A stretch of 64,000 nucleotides of DNA from Thermoanaerobaculia bacterium. Its GTDB lineage: Bacteria; Acidobacteriota; Thermoanaerobaculia; Multivoradales; J023. The position numbers were made by a program, and so were the translations under genes. The notes beneath the pieces were generated by a model. The model was not told where the DNA came from. It did no database searches and saw nothing but the letters and a program-made list of their open reading frames with translations. Each line of letters opens with the position of its first letter. The stretch's first letter is position 1. The DNA lies in NCBI GenBank assembly GCA_030431255.1, contig JAUIJL010000034.1, forward strand, positions 5,909 through 69,908, written 5' to 3'. Shown in pieces: positions 8,001 to 16,809 of the stretch.

Positions 8001-9553
8001 CGGAAGTGTCCTTTCAGAATGAGGAAAAGGGGCACGGAATCCAGGTGACGACCGATTCCGACGGGCTCTTCCAATCCAAGCAGCTTGCGGTGGGCAAATA
8101 CAAAGCCAAGGCCTCGATTGATTTCGGTCGGTTCAGCTCCGAGGAAGTGGAATTGGAGATCTTGGGGCCCATATCCGGTCTCGAGCTCGTGATCTCCGAA
8201 GACGGCGGAGGGGCCCGGGTGAGCGGTCGCATCGAAGGCCTCGAGCTGGACGAGCTCTCCAAGGTCACCATACGAGCCCAGGGGCCGAATTTTCGACAGG
8301 GTCGCGTGAGCTACGACGGCCGATATGAAATCTTGGGTCTCGGTCCTGGCGAATGGCGGATCGTGGCCCAGCTGAATGTAGACGGCCGAAGCGCCCAGGG
8401 CGTCGTGACCCTCACCGAAGGGCAAAGCGAGGGCACCTTGGATCTCGAGTTCCGGCCCGGATTCGAGCTGCGCGGAATCGTCCGAATCAACGACAAGCCG
8501 GCGGAGTCCATGGTGGCGATGCTGGCCGGCTCCGGTGAGCAGCAAAGTGGCAGGAACACATGGACTCACCACGACGGCACTTTTGTCTTTAGGGATCTGG
8601 AAGCCGGGGATTATCGTCTGACCCTATTCAACATGAACGGCTTTCGCGTGGAGCGGGATCTCACCATCGACGGGGACCGCGAGATCACCATCGAGCCGAG
8701 GACCGCTCGGGTCGCCGGCAAGGTCGTGGATGCTTCCGGTGAGGCGCTCGGCAACTCGGCGGTGATGCTCTATCCGGCCGCCGGCAGCATGCAGCCCGTG
8801 TCCCGCTCGGCCCGAGGGGATGGGCGTTTCGATTTTCCGGCGGTTGAGGAAGGAGAGTGGGTGCTGGTCACTCGGCGATCCGGTTATCGGGAGCATCGCT
8901 TACCTCTGCAAGTCCAAACCGGGGCCGAGGTCTCCGATGCATCGGGGCAAGCGGCCGATTCCGGCGGATTGCAGAACCTGGAGATCCGACTCGAATCGGC
9001 GTCGGTCTTTCGCTTTGAAGCCAAAGACGCTGCCGGAAACGCGGTCACTCCCCTGCATTATGTGGTCACCAACGATTCCGGAGAGCGGGTGGACGGTGGA
9101 TTTCTCCATGACGCCTTGGGTCGATTCCGGATCGACACCGTGCCCCCGGGCACCTGGCAGCTGTGGTTGCAGAGGGGCCTCGGGGCCCTGCAGGCCTTTC
9201 CCATGACCGTGCCCGCGGAGTCGGGCTCCGATGGGGCCCCGGAAGCAAGCCAGGCAGGGGCGTCTCCACTCTTGGTGCTGAGCACCGTCGCCCCGGTTTC
9301 TTTGACCTCGGCCTCCGGATTGCTCAACCGCTCCGTCACCCTCTCCGTGGTCGCCCAGGACGGTCGAGCTCTGCCGATGTCCTTCGACTTCCAGGGCAAC
9401 CTCGCCGAGAGCGGGGTCATGAAGACCGGCGGCGTCCTCTATCTGCCCCTAGGCACCTGGACCGTGCGTTTGCAAGGGGATGACGGCGCGGTGATCGAGC
9501 AGGTGCTGGTCCTGGGCTCCTCCGAAACCCCGGCCACCCTGACGGTGCCGTGA
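5042..9553 (+). CDS. large secreted protein with ~12 carboxypeptidase-regulatory-like (CarbopepD_reg) beta-sandwich repeats
   Basis: 1503 aa. Repeats of the type GRVVDTSGWPVTAAQVQL / GKVQDEQGRGIEGAEIQT / TGRVLNESGEAVAGAEVSF recur about every 90 aa. The track start is GTG 5042, but a signal-peptide-like MLLAVCLVGLCIPAMSAPASA begins at in-frame ATG 5318. The first 92 codons are low-GC, low-complexity and contain inverted repeats, so 5318 is the more likely start. Confidence 0.8.
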   Translation: MSNMFKNTSERPEISLSQSFGLARKFHQPPAATPYPPASTASEADSAPQHTASMPASQNAPSSLYLQASPASRDEVGEISGLAGKPSIGLRRMLLAVCLVGLCIPAMSAPASASIWVQGAVFDPQGKPLADAKVSLYPMVPRHVTGQYLLQGIPGVPGIKSAECSEQGIFKIAAPEVGMWRLQVTAPGFVGAQIRLTPLLDPVDLEPVTLAPDRGLEIRVLDEQDRPVAEAAVVAYRRTPSRRESHQVGSDYAVPVWHSAPFLGRTDESGWARIPAAEQDAVTLQVVAQGFIQRLTSVRRLSDRPSTVRLERGVSTPIKVLDTQGRPVAGVLVFQQGQPYPVAETGADGSAGLSMPTEGTSAFNLTLSTLKGRWGSFSMDVALGDRGGSENQGEPNAMELVLSPPTSVRGKVIERIDQEPVPGALVWDGRFYGRAIRADRNGEFEIHLPSDEGWLSTGLNGYRPISGSTALRHLRIAGKGDLASITLELQPIAFVSGQVVNAQGEGMPGVRVVPIPFQYRLVKEQRDGKGITTGEDGAFVLPRLLAGANYRVLLSDPVPRPKGGDSESAKVLSADTWIELGTLEPGERREGLIWTLDPARPGEGWVVDEQGSPVVGAEVTLLQSSGFRDWGGNVAELPPDVFTASTDVEGRYHFPNLPAARYDLAVKASGLAPTRVPGIELPVEELSLAGPWGLGTVTLGPSVSLIGKVQDEQGRGIEGAEIQTRPTYLEMRIWRNDDMSKLESDGQGRFRVDDLAPGQTLGLSVQAQGYISKEISIVEAPQDDLRVTLIRGSRLTGRVVDTSGWPVTAAQVQLQQDSMDHMGRFGSSTAVDDEGKFIFEAVSPGPATLEAQSDHKLGQFRSIEIPPAGSEPLHVEIVLQDGAVVSGRVTTDQGDPVPGAYLSAMSKEPNRQSHSPNSGMSDAEGLFELRGLPEGRMVITAFREPYLNASEEIEVTGEPSFVEIVFESGHLVTGRVLNESGEAVAGAEVSFQNEEKGHGIQVTTDSDGLFQSKQLAVGKYKAKASIDFGRFSSEEVELEILGPISGLELVISEDGGGARVSGRIEGLELDELSKVTIRAQGPNFRQGRVSYDGRYEILGLGPGEWRIVAQLNVDGRSAQGVVTLTEGQSEGTLDLEFRPGFELRGIVRINDKPAESMVAMLAGSGEQQSGRNTWTHHDGTFVFRDLEAGDYRLTLFNMNGFRVERDLTIDGDREITIEPRTARVAGKVVDASGEALGNSAVMLYPAAGSMQPVSRSARGDGRFDFPAVEEGEWVLVTRRSGYREHRLPLQVQTGAEVSDASGQAADSGGLQNLEIRLESASVFRFEAKDAAGNAVTPLHYVVTNDSGERVDGGFLHDALGRFRIDTVPPGTWQLWLQRGLGALQAFPMTVPAESGSDGAPEASQAGASPLLVLSTVAPVSLTSASGLLNRSVTLSVVAQDGRALPMSFDFQGNLAESGVMKTGGVLYLPLGTWTVRLQGDDGAVIEQVLVLGSSETPATLTVP
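5102..5290. repeat. pair of 21/22-bp inverted repeats (GGGCTAGCCCGCAAATTTCACC ... GGTGAAATTTCCGGGCTAGCC) separated by 146 bp; each has a GGCTAGCC palindromic core
   Basis: Seen directly; 20 of 21 positions are complementary. The pair lies inside the lower-GC, low-complexity first 92 codons of the annotated 5042 ORF. Confidence 0.7.
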
Positions 9554-9734
9554 AGCTTCAAGTCACCTGTTATTTTGTGATTTTGGCGGCAAAATTTAAA
9601 AAATCGGAAGGTGACCTTGACACGGCGTCGGGGATCGAGACATAAATGCTCAAGCTGTCCGATCCCAACTGCTCGATCCAACTTCTTGATGTAGATTTGA
9701 GCCGAATCCGCGCAGAGCTATTTGAGGTGAGCCT

Positions 9735-11084
9735 TTGAATTTAGATGCCCTCTACGCCGACCACCTTCAACAATTGGACCACTGGCTCGCGGATGCTCTG
9801 CAACGGGCCGGCCGAGCAGGATGCTCGGCGGACGCGGTCGTCTTCCACTCCGGACGACAATTGGAGTACCACCTAGACGATCGGCTCGTGATCTTTCAGC
9901 CTAACGGCCATTTTCGTCGCTGGGCGCCGCCTCTGAACGGACCGGAGCACGTGGTGTTGGCCCGTCCGGGTGCCAAGCCCATCGTCGTGCGAGTGCGACC
10001 CAAAGACTTTTGGTACGACACCTCTCCGACCCCGGAATCCCATTGGGAAGGTCACGTGGATCTGCACGAGGTGGAGCGTTTCGACCAAGTGCCGGACGTG
10101 CTCGGCAAGCTGGACCGAGTTGCCTTTTTTGGCGAGTGCGGGGAAGCGGCCGCGACCCTCGGCATCGATGCGTCGATGATCGAGCCGGAGGCCTTGCTCC
10201 TACCCTTGGATTGGCATCGGGCGACCAAAACCGACTACGAGGTGGCGCTGACCCGGGTAGCCTGTGAGGCGGCGGCCAAAGGTCACCTCGACGCCAAAGA
10301 GCGATTCCTGGCCGGGGCTGACGAGCGGCAGCTGCATTGGGGATTCCTACAGTCGACGGGGCATCTCGAGCACGAAATCCCTTACGAAACGATTGTGGCT
10401 CTCGATGCGAAGTCGGCCATTCTCCACTATCAATTCAAACGCGGACCCGAATACGGGCCTGGCAAGCTCTTGCTGCTCGACGCCGGAGCCGGCCATTGCG
10501 GTTATGCCGCCGACATCACCCGCACCTTCGTGCGTGACGACATCCATCCGGTGATGGCGCAGCTGAGGGATGCGGTCGACGCCATGGAGCGAGAGCTCGT
10601 GGCCATGGTGACGCCCGGGCGCTCCTATGTGGAGATCCATCTCGAGGCCCATCGCCAAATCGCCGGCATTCTCAACGAGCTCGGCGTGCTCAAGGTGTCG
10701 GCGGAGCAGGCTCTCGAATCGCGGTTGACCCGAACCTTCATGCCCCACGGAGTCGGTCATTTGATCGGTCTGCAAGTCCATGATGTGGGCGGTCATCAAG
10801 CGAGCCCCGAAGGCGGTGAGGCACCGCCGCCCGATAGTCATGTGCTGAGAAATACGCGCACCCTCGAGCCGGGGCATTTGGTCACCATCGAGCCGGGTGT
10901 GTATTTCATTCCCATGTTGCTCGAGCCTTTGCGCCGGGGATCCGATGCGAGCTCGGTGAATTGGTCGCTGGTGGACGAGCTCATCCCCTGCGGCGGGGTT
11001 CGGATCGAGGACAACGTGCTGTGCACCGAGGGTGAGCCCGATGATTTGACCCGTTGTCTGATCGAAGGCACCGACGGGGGCTGA
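9735..11084 (+). CDS. pepQ: Xaa-Pro dipeptidase (M24B)
   Basis: 449 aa, colinear with PepQ. It carries the metal-ligand motifs HGVGHLIGLQVHD, GHLVTIEPGVYF and GGVRIEDNV. A TTGACA-18bp-CATAAA promoter-like element lies at 9617-9646. Confidence 0.85.
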   Translation: MNLDALYADHLQQLDHWLADALQRAGRAGCSADAVVFHSGRQLEYHLDDRLVIFQPNGHFRRWAPPLNGPEHVVLARPGAKPIVVRVRPKDFWYDTSPTPESHWEGHVDLHEVERFDQVPDVLGKLDRVAFFGECGEAAATLGIDASMIEPEALLLPLDWHRATKTDYEVALTRVACEAAAKGHLDAKERFLAGADERQLHWGFLQSTGHLEHEIPYETIVALDAKSAILHYQFKRGPEYGPGKLLLLDAGAGHCGYAADITRTFVRDDIHPVMAQLRDAVDAMERELVAMVTPGRSYVEIHLEAHRQIAGILNELGVLKVSAEQALESRLTRTFMPHGVGHLIGLQVHDVGGHQASPEGGEAPPPDSHVLRNTRTLEPGHLVTIEPGVYFIPMLLEPLRRGSDASSVNWSLVDELIPCGGVRIEDNVLCTEGEPDDLTRCLIEGTDGG

Positions 11085-11225
11085 TCCTCCCCGATCCCGG
11101 TCTCGGCCCCGCTCGGCTCGTTGCGTGTGAAAACTCAGCGAGTTAAGATCTTTACTTCGAAAAAATTTGGTGGAGCGCAACGATCTTGGCGCTCGTTAAA
11201 TGCATGCCCGAGCCAGGAGACCGCA

Positions 11226-11603
11226 TTGTCGGGACAGAGAGTCTTCGTCGTGGACGACAACGAGATGGTGCGGGAGGTCGCTCGGGCTGTGCTCGAGGAT
11301 GCGGGCTTCCAGGTGGAGTGTTTCGGTAGCGGGTTCCAGCTGAACTCCGCGATTCGGGAGCAGCGCCCCGACCTCATCCTGCTCGACGTGATGATGCCCG
11401 CCCTCGGTGGCGAGAAAGTCGCCCAGATTCTCAAACGGTACGAATTCTCCAAGGACATTCCGGTGCTGCTCTATTCCGAGCTGCCGGAAGACGAGCTGCT
11501 TTCCCTCGTCCAGCTTATCGGCGCCGAAGGCTTTGTGCGCAAATCGTCGGCCACCATCGACCTAGCCGATCAAGTCAGCCACTACATCGCCCACTCTGTT
11601 TAG
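11226..11603 (+). CDS. single-domain response regulator (CheY-like receiver)
   Basis: Receiver-domain hallmarks are present: DD acidic pair (VVDDNE), phospho-acceptor D (ILLDVMMP), S/T (LYSE) and K (FVRK). The track ORF starts at 11121, but its first 35 codons are AT-rich. A TTG at 11226 preceded by GGAGA gives a 125-aa receiver-sized protein. Confidence 0.7.
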   Translation: MSGQRVFVVDDNEMVREVARAVLEDAGFQVECFGSGFQLNSAIREQRPDLILLDVMMPALGGEKVAQILKRYEFSKDIPVLLYSELPEDELLSLVQLIGAEGFVRKSSATIDLADQVSHYIAHSV

Positions 11604-11669
11604 TAAGCCTTCCTCCGTGCAGAGCTGGGCCGACCCAGCGAGGCGTGCTTCGCTATTCGTCTAGTCTAG

Positions 11670-13496
11670 TTACCAGTCGAGTTGGACCCAAATGGGATCG
11701 TGATCGCTGGCTTGTAAGTTGGCCGCGCTTTCGGCGCAGCAGCGTACGATCACGATTTCCGCGTTTTCTTCCAACGACTCGCTCACCAGCACGTGGTCCA
11801 GGAGCAGGCTTTGGCCCTGGAATACGAAGGAGTATCGATCTCCGGCCGGCAAGCGTAGGGCCAGGTCGTGGAGCCGCCGGGCCGGGTCGTCGGAGTGGCT
11901 CAAGGTGAGCACCGGCGGTCGATCCGAGGTTTCGTTCAAGTCTCCCAGAACGATCACCCTAGCGTCGGCATTTCGCTCGAAGAGCTGATCGACCCAACGT
12001 CGCACGGCGGCGGCTTGCAGGGTGCGTTGGGCCTCGCTGTGTCGGACCGGTGGCTGAATCGCTCCGAAGAGTCGGTTGTCACGTCCTTTGGACCTCAAAT
12101 GCAAACCGACGGCGTAGATCTCCTCGCCTCGAAATCGAAATTGCCCCAAGAGGGGTCGCCGGGTATTGCTCCAGCCTTTGTCAGGGTCGACCCGAAACGC
12201 TGGATCGTCCAGCCGTTCGAGCCGCCCGGCCTCGACCCGCTCCGGGTTGAATAGGAATCCGACGCGGATATTGCCCCCGGGTCGTCCACCTTCTTGGTTG
12301 TCGATCGGATCCAAGGAATGGGCGCGGTATTCCGGGCCCCCGAGGGAGGAGATGGTCCGGATCAATCGCTCGTAGGTGGCCGCGGCGGTGACGATGCCGT
12401 CGTCGTCGGCGCCGGAGTCGTCCTGTACCTCCTGCACGCATAGGAGGTCCGGCGAGGCCAGCTCTTCGACGATCACTCTAGCCAGGCGGTCGAATTTTTC
12501 CTGGTCGTCTCGGGCCGAAAGATTCAGCAAGTTGAACGAGCCGACGGTGAGCTTCTGAGGATCCACGGTGAGCCGAGCCGCCGCTTCTCGATGGTTAGGG
12601 GTCGAGGCGGTGGCCTTTGGAAGAGGTTCCGTGGCCATCACCCGGAAGGTTCCGAACGCGTAGCTGACCACGCCCACCACGCTTTGGTCCGCGGCCCAGG
12701 CGTCGCCCACATTCAGATCGGGGATGGTCGAGCCGGCGTCACCGGTGACGATGAAGCGCTCGGGGTTGGCGTCGTCCGGGCCTTCCAGCAGGCCTTGGCG
12801 AGCGGTTCGAAGCGAGGCACCGGCACCCCGATCGACGACCACTGTCACCTCGCCGTATTTCGAGGTCGGGCCGACCACGAACGGAGCGGGGATTTCGATC
12901 CGCATGCCCTCCAGGCTTTCGAAGAAATCGATGCCGTCCCGGTCCGGTTGAAACTCCTGTAGACCGTCGTCGTCCACCACCGAATCGGGAACGGCTCGGC
13001 CGCGCTTGCCGACCCGTACCGGCTCCGGCAGAGGCACGTCCTCGGCTAGGACCTCGAAGCTGTCCAGCTCCAGGCAAGTGACCGGCAATTCCCCGCGTCC
13101 CGCCGGCTCCGTGATCCGTCCGACCAGCTGCAGCCGTTGACCGATGGCGAAGCCGTGCAGACCGCCCACCCGTTCTGTGGACACGCACAGGCCCTCGGAA
13201 GTGTGCTCGTCGGCATCCGGTTGCTCGCTCTGCACGAAAAACCAGCCGGGCCGTTCCACCAGGGCGGTCACCACGCCTTGGGTGCGGGCCCTCGTCCCCT
13301 CATGGGGAGATCGGTGATCGCGCCCTTGGATGTCGTGGATGTTGAGCTCGACGGCAGGCTCGGTCTCCGCCTCCTGGGGTTGAGTCGCGGGCTCCGGCGG
13401 CGCACCGCAAGCGAGCAGGCCGACAACGAGCAGGGCAGAAGTGGCAAGGGCTGAGAATCCGAGTCGAGCGCTTTGACCTTGGGGTGAGAGAAACAT
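11670..13496 (-). CDS. lipoprotein extracellular nuclease, endonuclease/exonuclease/phosphatase (EEP) family
   Basis: 608 aa with a lipobox LLACG. The C-terminal half has EEP-like motifs (LTVGSFNLLNL..., VLGDLNE, SDHDPIWVQL). Confidence 0.65.
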   Translation of the reverse strand: MFLSPQGQSARLGFSALATSALLVVGLLACGAPPEPATQPQEAETEPAVELNIHDIQGRDHRSPHEGTRARTQGVVTALVERPGWFFVQSEQPDADEHTSEGLCVSTERVGGLHGFAIGQRLQLVGRITEPAGRGELPVTCLELDSFEVLAEDVPLPEPVRVGKRGRAVPDSVVDDDGLQEFQPDRDGIDFFESLEGMRIEIPAPFVVGPTSKYGEVTVVVDRGAGASLRTARQGLLEGPDDANPERFIVTGDAGSTIPDLNVGDAWAADQSVVGVVSYAFGTFRVMATEPLPKATASTPNHREAAARLTVDPQKLTVGSFNLLNLSARDDQEKFDRLARVIVEELASPDLLCVQEVQDDSGADDDGIVTAAATYERLIRTISSLGGPEYRAHSLDPIDNQEGGRPGGNIRVGFLFNPERVEAGRLERLDDPAFRVDPDKGWSNTRRPLLGQFRFRGEEIYAVGLHLRSKGRDNRLFGAIQPPVRHSEAQRTLQAAAVRRWVDQLFERNADARVIVLGDLNETSDRPPVLTLSHSDDPARRLHDLALRLPAGDRYSFVFQGQSLLLDHVLVSESLEENAEIVIVRCCAESAANLQASDHDPIWVQLDW

Positions 13497-13568
13497 GGAA
13501 ATCCTCGAAAGTATCGCCGGAAGTGCGCCGCAACGCGTCAGAAGGCGGGTCTGCGTTATGCTAAACCC

Positions 13569-14627
13569 ATGACGACGTCCGCGGACACCCCCACGTTGCG
13601 CTCAGAGACGCGCGAGCAACCCTTGGACCAGCTGGGTCGAGGCATCAGCGACCTGCGCATCTCGGTCACGGATCGCTGCAATTTTCGTTGCACGTTCTGT
13701 ATGCCCGCCCACCAAAAATATAAATTTTTACCGCGACCACAGATTCTGACCTTCGAGGAAACGGAGCGATTGGCGCGCATCTTCGTGGGTTTGGGCGCAC
13801 GCAAGCTCCGCCTGACCGGCGGTGAGCCCTTGCTGCGGGCGGAAATCGAGACGCTGATTTCGAGGTTGGCGGCGATCGACGGGGTCGAGGACTTGGCACT
13901 GACCACCAACGCCTATTTGTTGGCGGATCGGGCGAAGGATCTGGTGGCGGCGGGTCTCGACCGGGTGACGGTCAGCTTGCATTCCCTGGATCCCGTCACT
14001 TTCGGACGCATCAACGGCTTGGATCTGCCCCTCGATCGAGTGCTTCAAGGCATCGACGCCGCGGTGGCCGCGGGCCTCGGTCCGGTGAAGCTGAATGTGG
14101 TAGTGATCCAAGGCACTAACGACCACGAGCTGCTCGACTTGGCGCGCTTCGGCCGCGACCACGGCTGTGTGGTCCGCTTCATCGAGTACATGGATGTGGG
14201 CACGGTCAATGCTTGGGATCCGGAAAAGGTGATCTCCGCACGCCAGATCGTCGAGCGGATCGGCGCGGAATGGCCCCTCGAAGCCGTCGACAAAGATCAC
14301 GCCGGTGAGGTCGCCGACCGTTATCGTTATGTCGACGGCGGCGGTGAGATCGGGGTCATCACCTCGGTCACCCAGCCCTTTTGCGGCGATTGCTCCCGGG
14401 CCCGCCTTTCCGCCGAGGGCAAGCTCTTCACCTGCCTGTTCAGCGCCGTCGGCCACGACTTGAAATCGCCCTTGCGAGCCGGCGAAAGCGATCAAGAGCT
14501 GGCGACCCGCATCCGGGAGATCTGGTCCCGTCGTACGGACCGCTACTCTGAGGAACGCACCGCCGCCCTGCGAGCCGGTCGATTCGTGCCGGCCGACAAG
14601 GTCGAAATGTTTCGGATTGGTGGTTAG
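13569..14627 (+). CDS. moaA: GTP 3',8-cyclase (radical SAM)
   Basis: CNFRCTFC radical-SAM cluster motif, a C-terminal second cluster (CGDCSRARLSAEGKLFTCLF) and GGEPLL. Confidence 0.9.
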   Translation: MTTSADTPTLRSETREQPLDQLGRGISDLRISVTDRCNFRCTFCMPAHQKYKFLPRPQILTFEETERLARIFVGLGARKLRLTGGEPLLRAEIETLISRLAAIDGVEDLALTTNAYLLADRAKDLVAAGLDRVTVSLHSLDPVTFGRINGLDLPLDRVLQGIDAAVAAGLGPVKLNVVVIQGTNDHELLDLARFGRDHGCVVRFIEYMDVGTVNAWDPEKVISARQIVERIGAEWPLEAVDKDHAGEVADRYRYVDGGGEIGVITSVTQPFCGDCSRARLSAEGKLFTCLFSAVGHDLKSPLRAGESDQELATRIREIWSRRTDRYSEERTAALRAGRFVPADKVEMFRIGG

Positions 14628-15013
14628 CCCAACCGGCTCACCAGGTCCTTGACCCGACGCTCGATGTCGTCGCGGACTTGGTTGAAGGCTTCGGGCTCCA
14701 TGTCCCTAGGGTCCGGTAGCCCCCAATCTTCCCGCAGCTCACCGGGCATCCACGGGCATTGGTCACCGCAACCCATGGTGATCACCGCGTCGAAGCTGTA
14801 TCCCCGCAGATCCTCCACCGATTTCGAGCCGTGGTTGGTGAGGTCGTAGTCTTTCTCTGCCATGGCGCGGATGGCTTTGGGATTCACCTTGCCCGAAGGG
14901 GCCGAGCCGGCGCTCCAAGCCTCGATCTTGTCCTCGCCCCAGATGCGGGCGAAGGCTTCGGCCATTTGGCTGCGATTCGAATTTTCCGTGCACAAGAAGA
15001 CGACTTTTTTCAC
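14624..15013 (-). CDS. arsC: arsenate reductase / low-molecular-weight phosphotyrosine phosphatase family
   Basis: 129 aa with CX5R P-loop CTENSNRSQMAE, downstream cysteines GCGDQCP and an REDWGLPDP tail. It converges on moaA with a 4-bp overlap. Confidence 0.75.
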   Translation of the reverse strand: MKKVVFLCTENSNRSQMAEAFARIWGEDKIEAWSAGSAPSGKVNPKAIRAMAEKDYDLTNHGSKSVEDLRGYSFDAVITMGCGDQCPWMPGELREDWGLPDPRDMEPEAFNQVRDDIERRVKDLVSRLG

Positions 15014-15052
15014 GCTGGATCTCCGTTTTTCACCTTGGATCTCCAGTCCGAG

Positions 15053-16453
15053 TCAGCGCACCACGTGCCAGCGGGTTTGACGGCCCGCCAGGTAGTAGAC
15101 CTTGTCGCCGTCGAAGAGGGCGCTCTGCTCCAATTTGATCTGAACCCAATGGCCGTCCCACTCCGGCACCTGCACCTTGACGTTACCTTCAATGGCGTAG
15201 CCGGTGTCGGCGTAGAGCGGCCAGTCGCCGCGCACGGGGGTTTTACCCTGGTTGTCCCACATGCCGATGGTCGGCCCAGGGGCGTGGCCGAAGACGCCGA
15301 GGGGATGGGTGTAAATGCTGTGTTGGATACCTTCGGCTTTAGCGGTCTCTTGGGCCGCGGCCAAGATCTCGTTGCCGGTGCGACCGGTGACGAAGGCGTC
15401 GGTCAAGAGGTCCTGCCAACGGTTGCCCACGGCTAGGGCTTTCACCAGACCTCCCGGCACATCGGCCTCGTCGAGCTTGGGCACGTAGGCCATCTCCTGG
15501 GTGTCGGTGCACAATCGTAGGTAGCAAATGCCGACATCCGTGTGCAGGACGTCCCCGGGTTGGATGATGCCCGAGGTCCCGCAGAAGGGGCTGTCGGGCT
15601 CGCAATCCTTGTCCGGTCGTTGCAGGTTGACGTCGGGCATGAACCAAATCGGCAGCTCGAGCTCGGTAAAACGTTGACGGATGAACCACCGCACATCGTC
15701 CGTGGTGGTGGCTCCCGGGGTGATCACCCGCGACGAGAACGCCTCGCTGATGACACCGCGCGCCAGGGCGACGATTTGCGGATAAACCGCGATCTCCGGC
15801 TCCGTCCGGGTTTCGAACCAACGCACCACCAGCTCCTCGGCCGACACCACCCGCTGCTTGAGAGAATCGTCGAGCACTTCCATCAGCCGTTCGTGCAGGC
15901 CGTGGGTCAATCCGTCGGCCACCGGCCAGTGTCGGGAGACGTTGATGCCGATCTTCTTCGGCTGCCGTTCCTTGATCAGCTCCCCCAAAGCTTTCCATTG
16001 GGCTTCCAAATCCCCACCGGCCCAGGCGGATTCGTAGAGGGTGCCCAAGGGGTAACGGTTCACCGTCAAGCGATCCACCCCGCCGTCCTCCCCGTCGCCG
16101 CGATCGTGGAAAACCAACATGGTGGTCCGACGGGCGGCGAACACCGGCTCCGGGGCAAGGCTGAAAAACACCGGATCCTCGGCATATTCGCGATTGATCA
16201 CCAACCACATATCGATACCGGTCTCGCGCATCAGCCGGGGTAAAAGCTCTTCGAGCCGATGCTCCAAGATCCGATTGACCGGCTCCACCCGCCGGCGCTC
16301 GGGCAATACCGCGCCGGGGCCGTGCAGCACCCGACCCTGATCCCAAGGAACTTCTGGATCCGAAGGAGCTTCCGCCTGCGCGGTACCCACCACGCACAAC
16401 AAGCTCAGGCAGAGGGAGAGAAGACAGATCCTGAAAACGGGACGATCGGTCAT
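15053..16453 (-). CDS. secreted M24-family metallopeptidase (Xaa-Pro aminopeptidase-like)
   Basis: 466 aa with an N-terminal signal peptide. There is a pita-bread-fold C-terminal region with conserved H/D/E ligand spacing (GDVLHTDVG..., HPLGVFGHAPGP, EGNV). Confidence 0.65.
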   Translation of the reverse strand: MTDRPVFRICLLSLCLSLLCVVGTAQAEAPSDPEVPWDQGRVLHGPGAVLPERRRVEPVNRILEHRLEELLPRLMRETGIDMWLVINREYAEDPVFFSLAPEPVFAARRTTMLVFHDRGDGEDGGVDRLTVNRYPLGTLYESAWAGGDLEAQWKALGELIKERQPKKIGINVSRHWPVADGLTHGLHERLMEVLDDSLKQRVVSAEELVVRWFETRTEPEIAVYPQIVALARGVISEAFSSRVITPGATTTDDVRWFIRQRFTELELPIWFMPDVNLQRPDKDCEPDSPFCGTSGIIQPGDVLHTDVGICYLRLCTDTQEMAYVPKLDEADVPGGLVKALAVGNRWQDLLTDAFVTGRTGNEILAAAQETAKAEGIQHSIYTHPLGVFGHAPGPTIGMWDNQGKTPVRGDWPLYADTGYAIEGNVKVQVPEWDGHWVQIKLEQSALFDGDKVYYLAGRQTRWHVVR

Positions 16454-16809
16454 GGTGGTACCTCGAATATTTCAATCGTTGATGGCGGGTTTCGGAGCAG
16501 CCGGATACTAACAGCCACGGGTAGCGTCTCCTGCCTCTCGAGACGAAGCGGGTGAATCGTCCGGGTTGGGCGACGCAGGCCGTCTGCCGGGTGGTCCCTC
16601 GGGGTGAGCTCTCCGTGTCAAGGAGTTGGGGATCTGCGGCACGGGGCCTGTGATTCGTACCCGTTGGAGATACAGTAAGGGCGTCACAATATTTGCGGAT
16701 TTTTCTCATGTGGTTGTCTCGCTGCGGTCTGATGAGCCTTCGGGTGCGGAAGCACTCGCCGGTGATCACGGGCCGGATCGCGTCTACTGAATCCTGAAAG
16801 GACGTCCTC

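Noticed and set aside
5285-8572. 443-aa and 328-aa minus-strand ORFs
   Set aside because: Both lie inside the CarbopepD_reg repeat gene, antisense; shadow ORFs.
10347-11180. 277-aa minus-strand ORF inside pepQ
   Set aside because: It is antisense to a well-supported PepQ gene; low-complexity R/G-rich product.
13497-13568. Moco riboswitch upstream of moaA
   Set aside because: The divergent spacer is only 72 bp, too short for the ~130-nt Moco RNA element.
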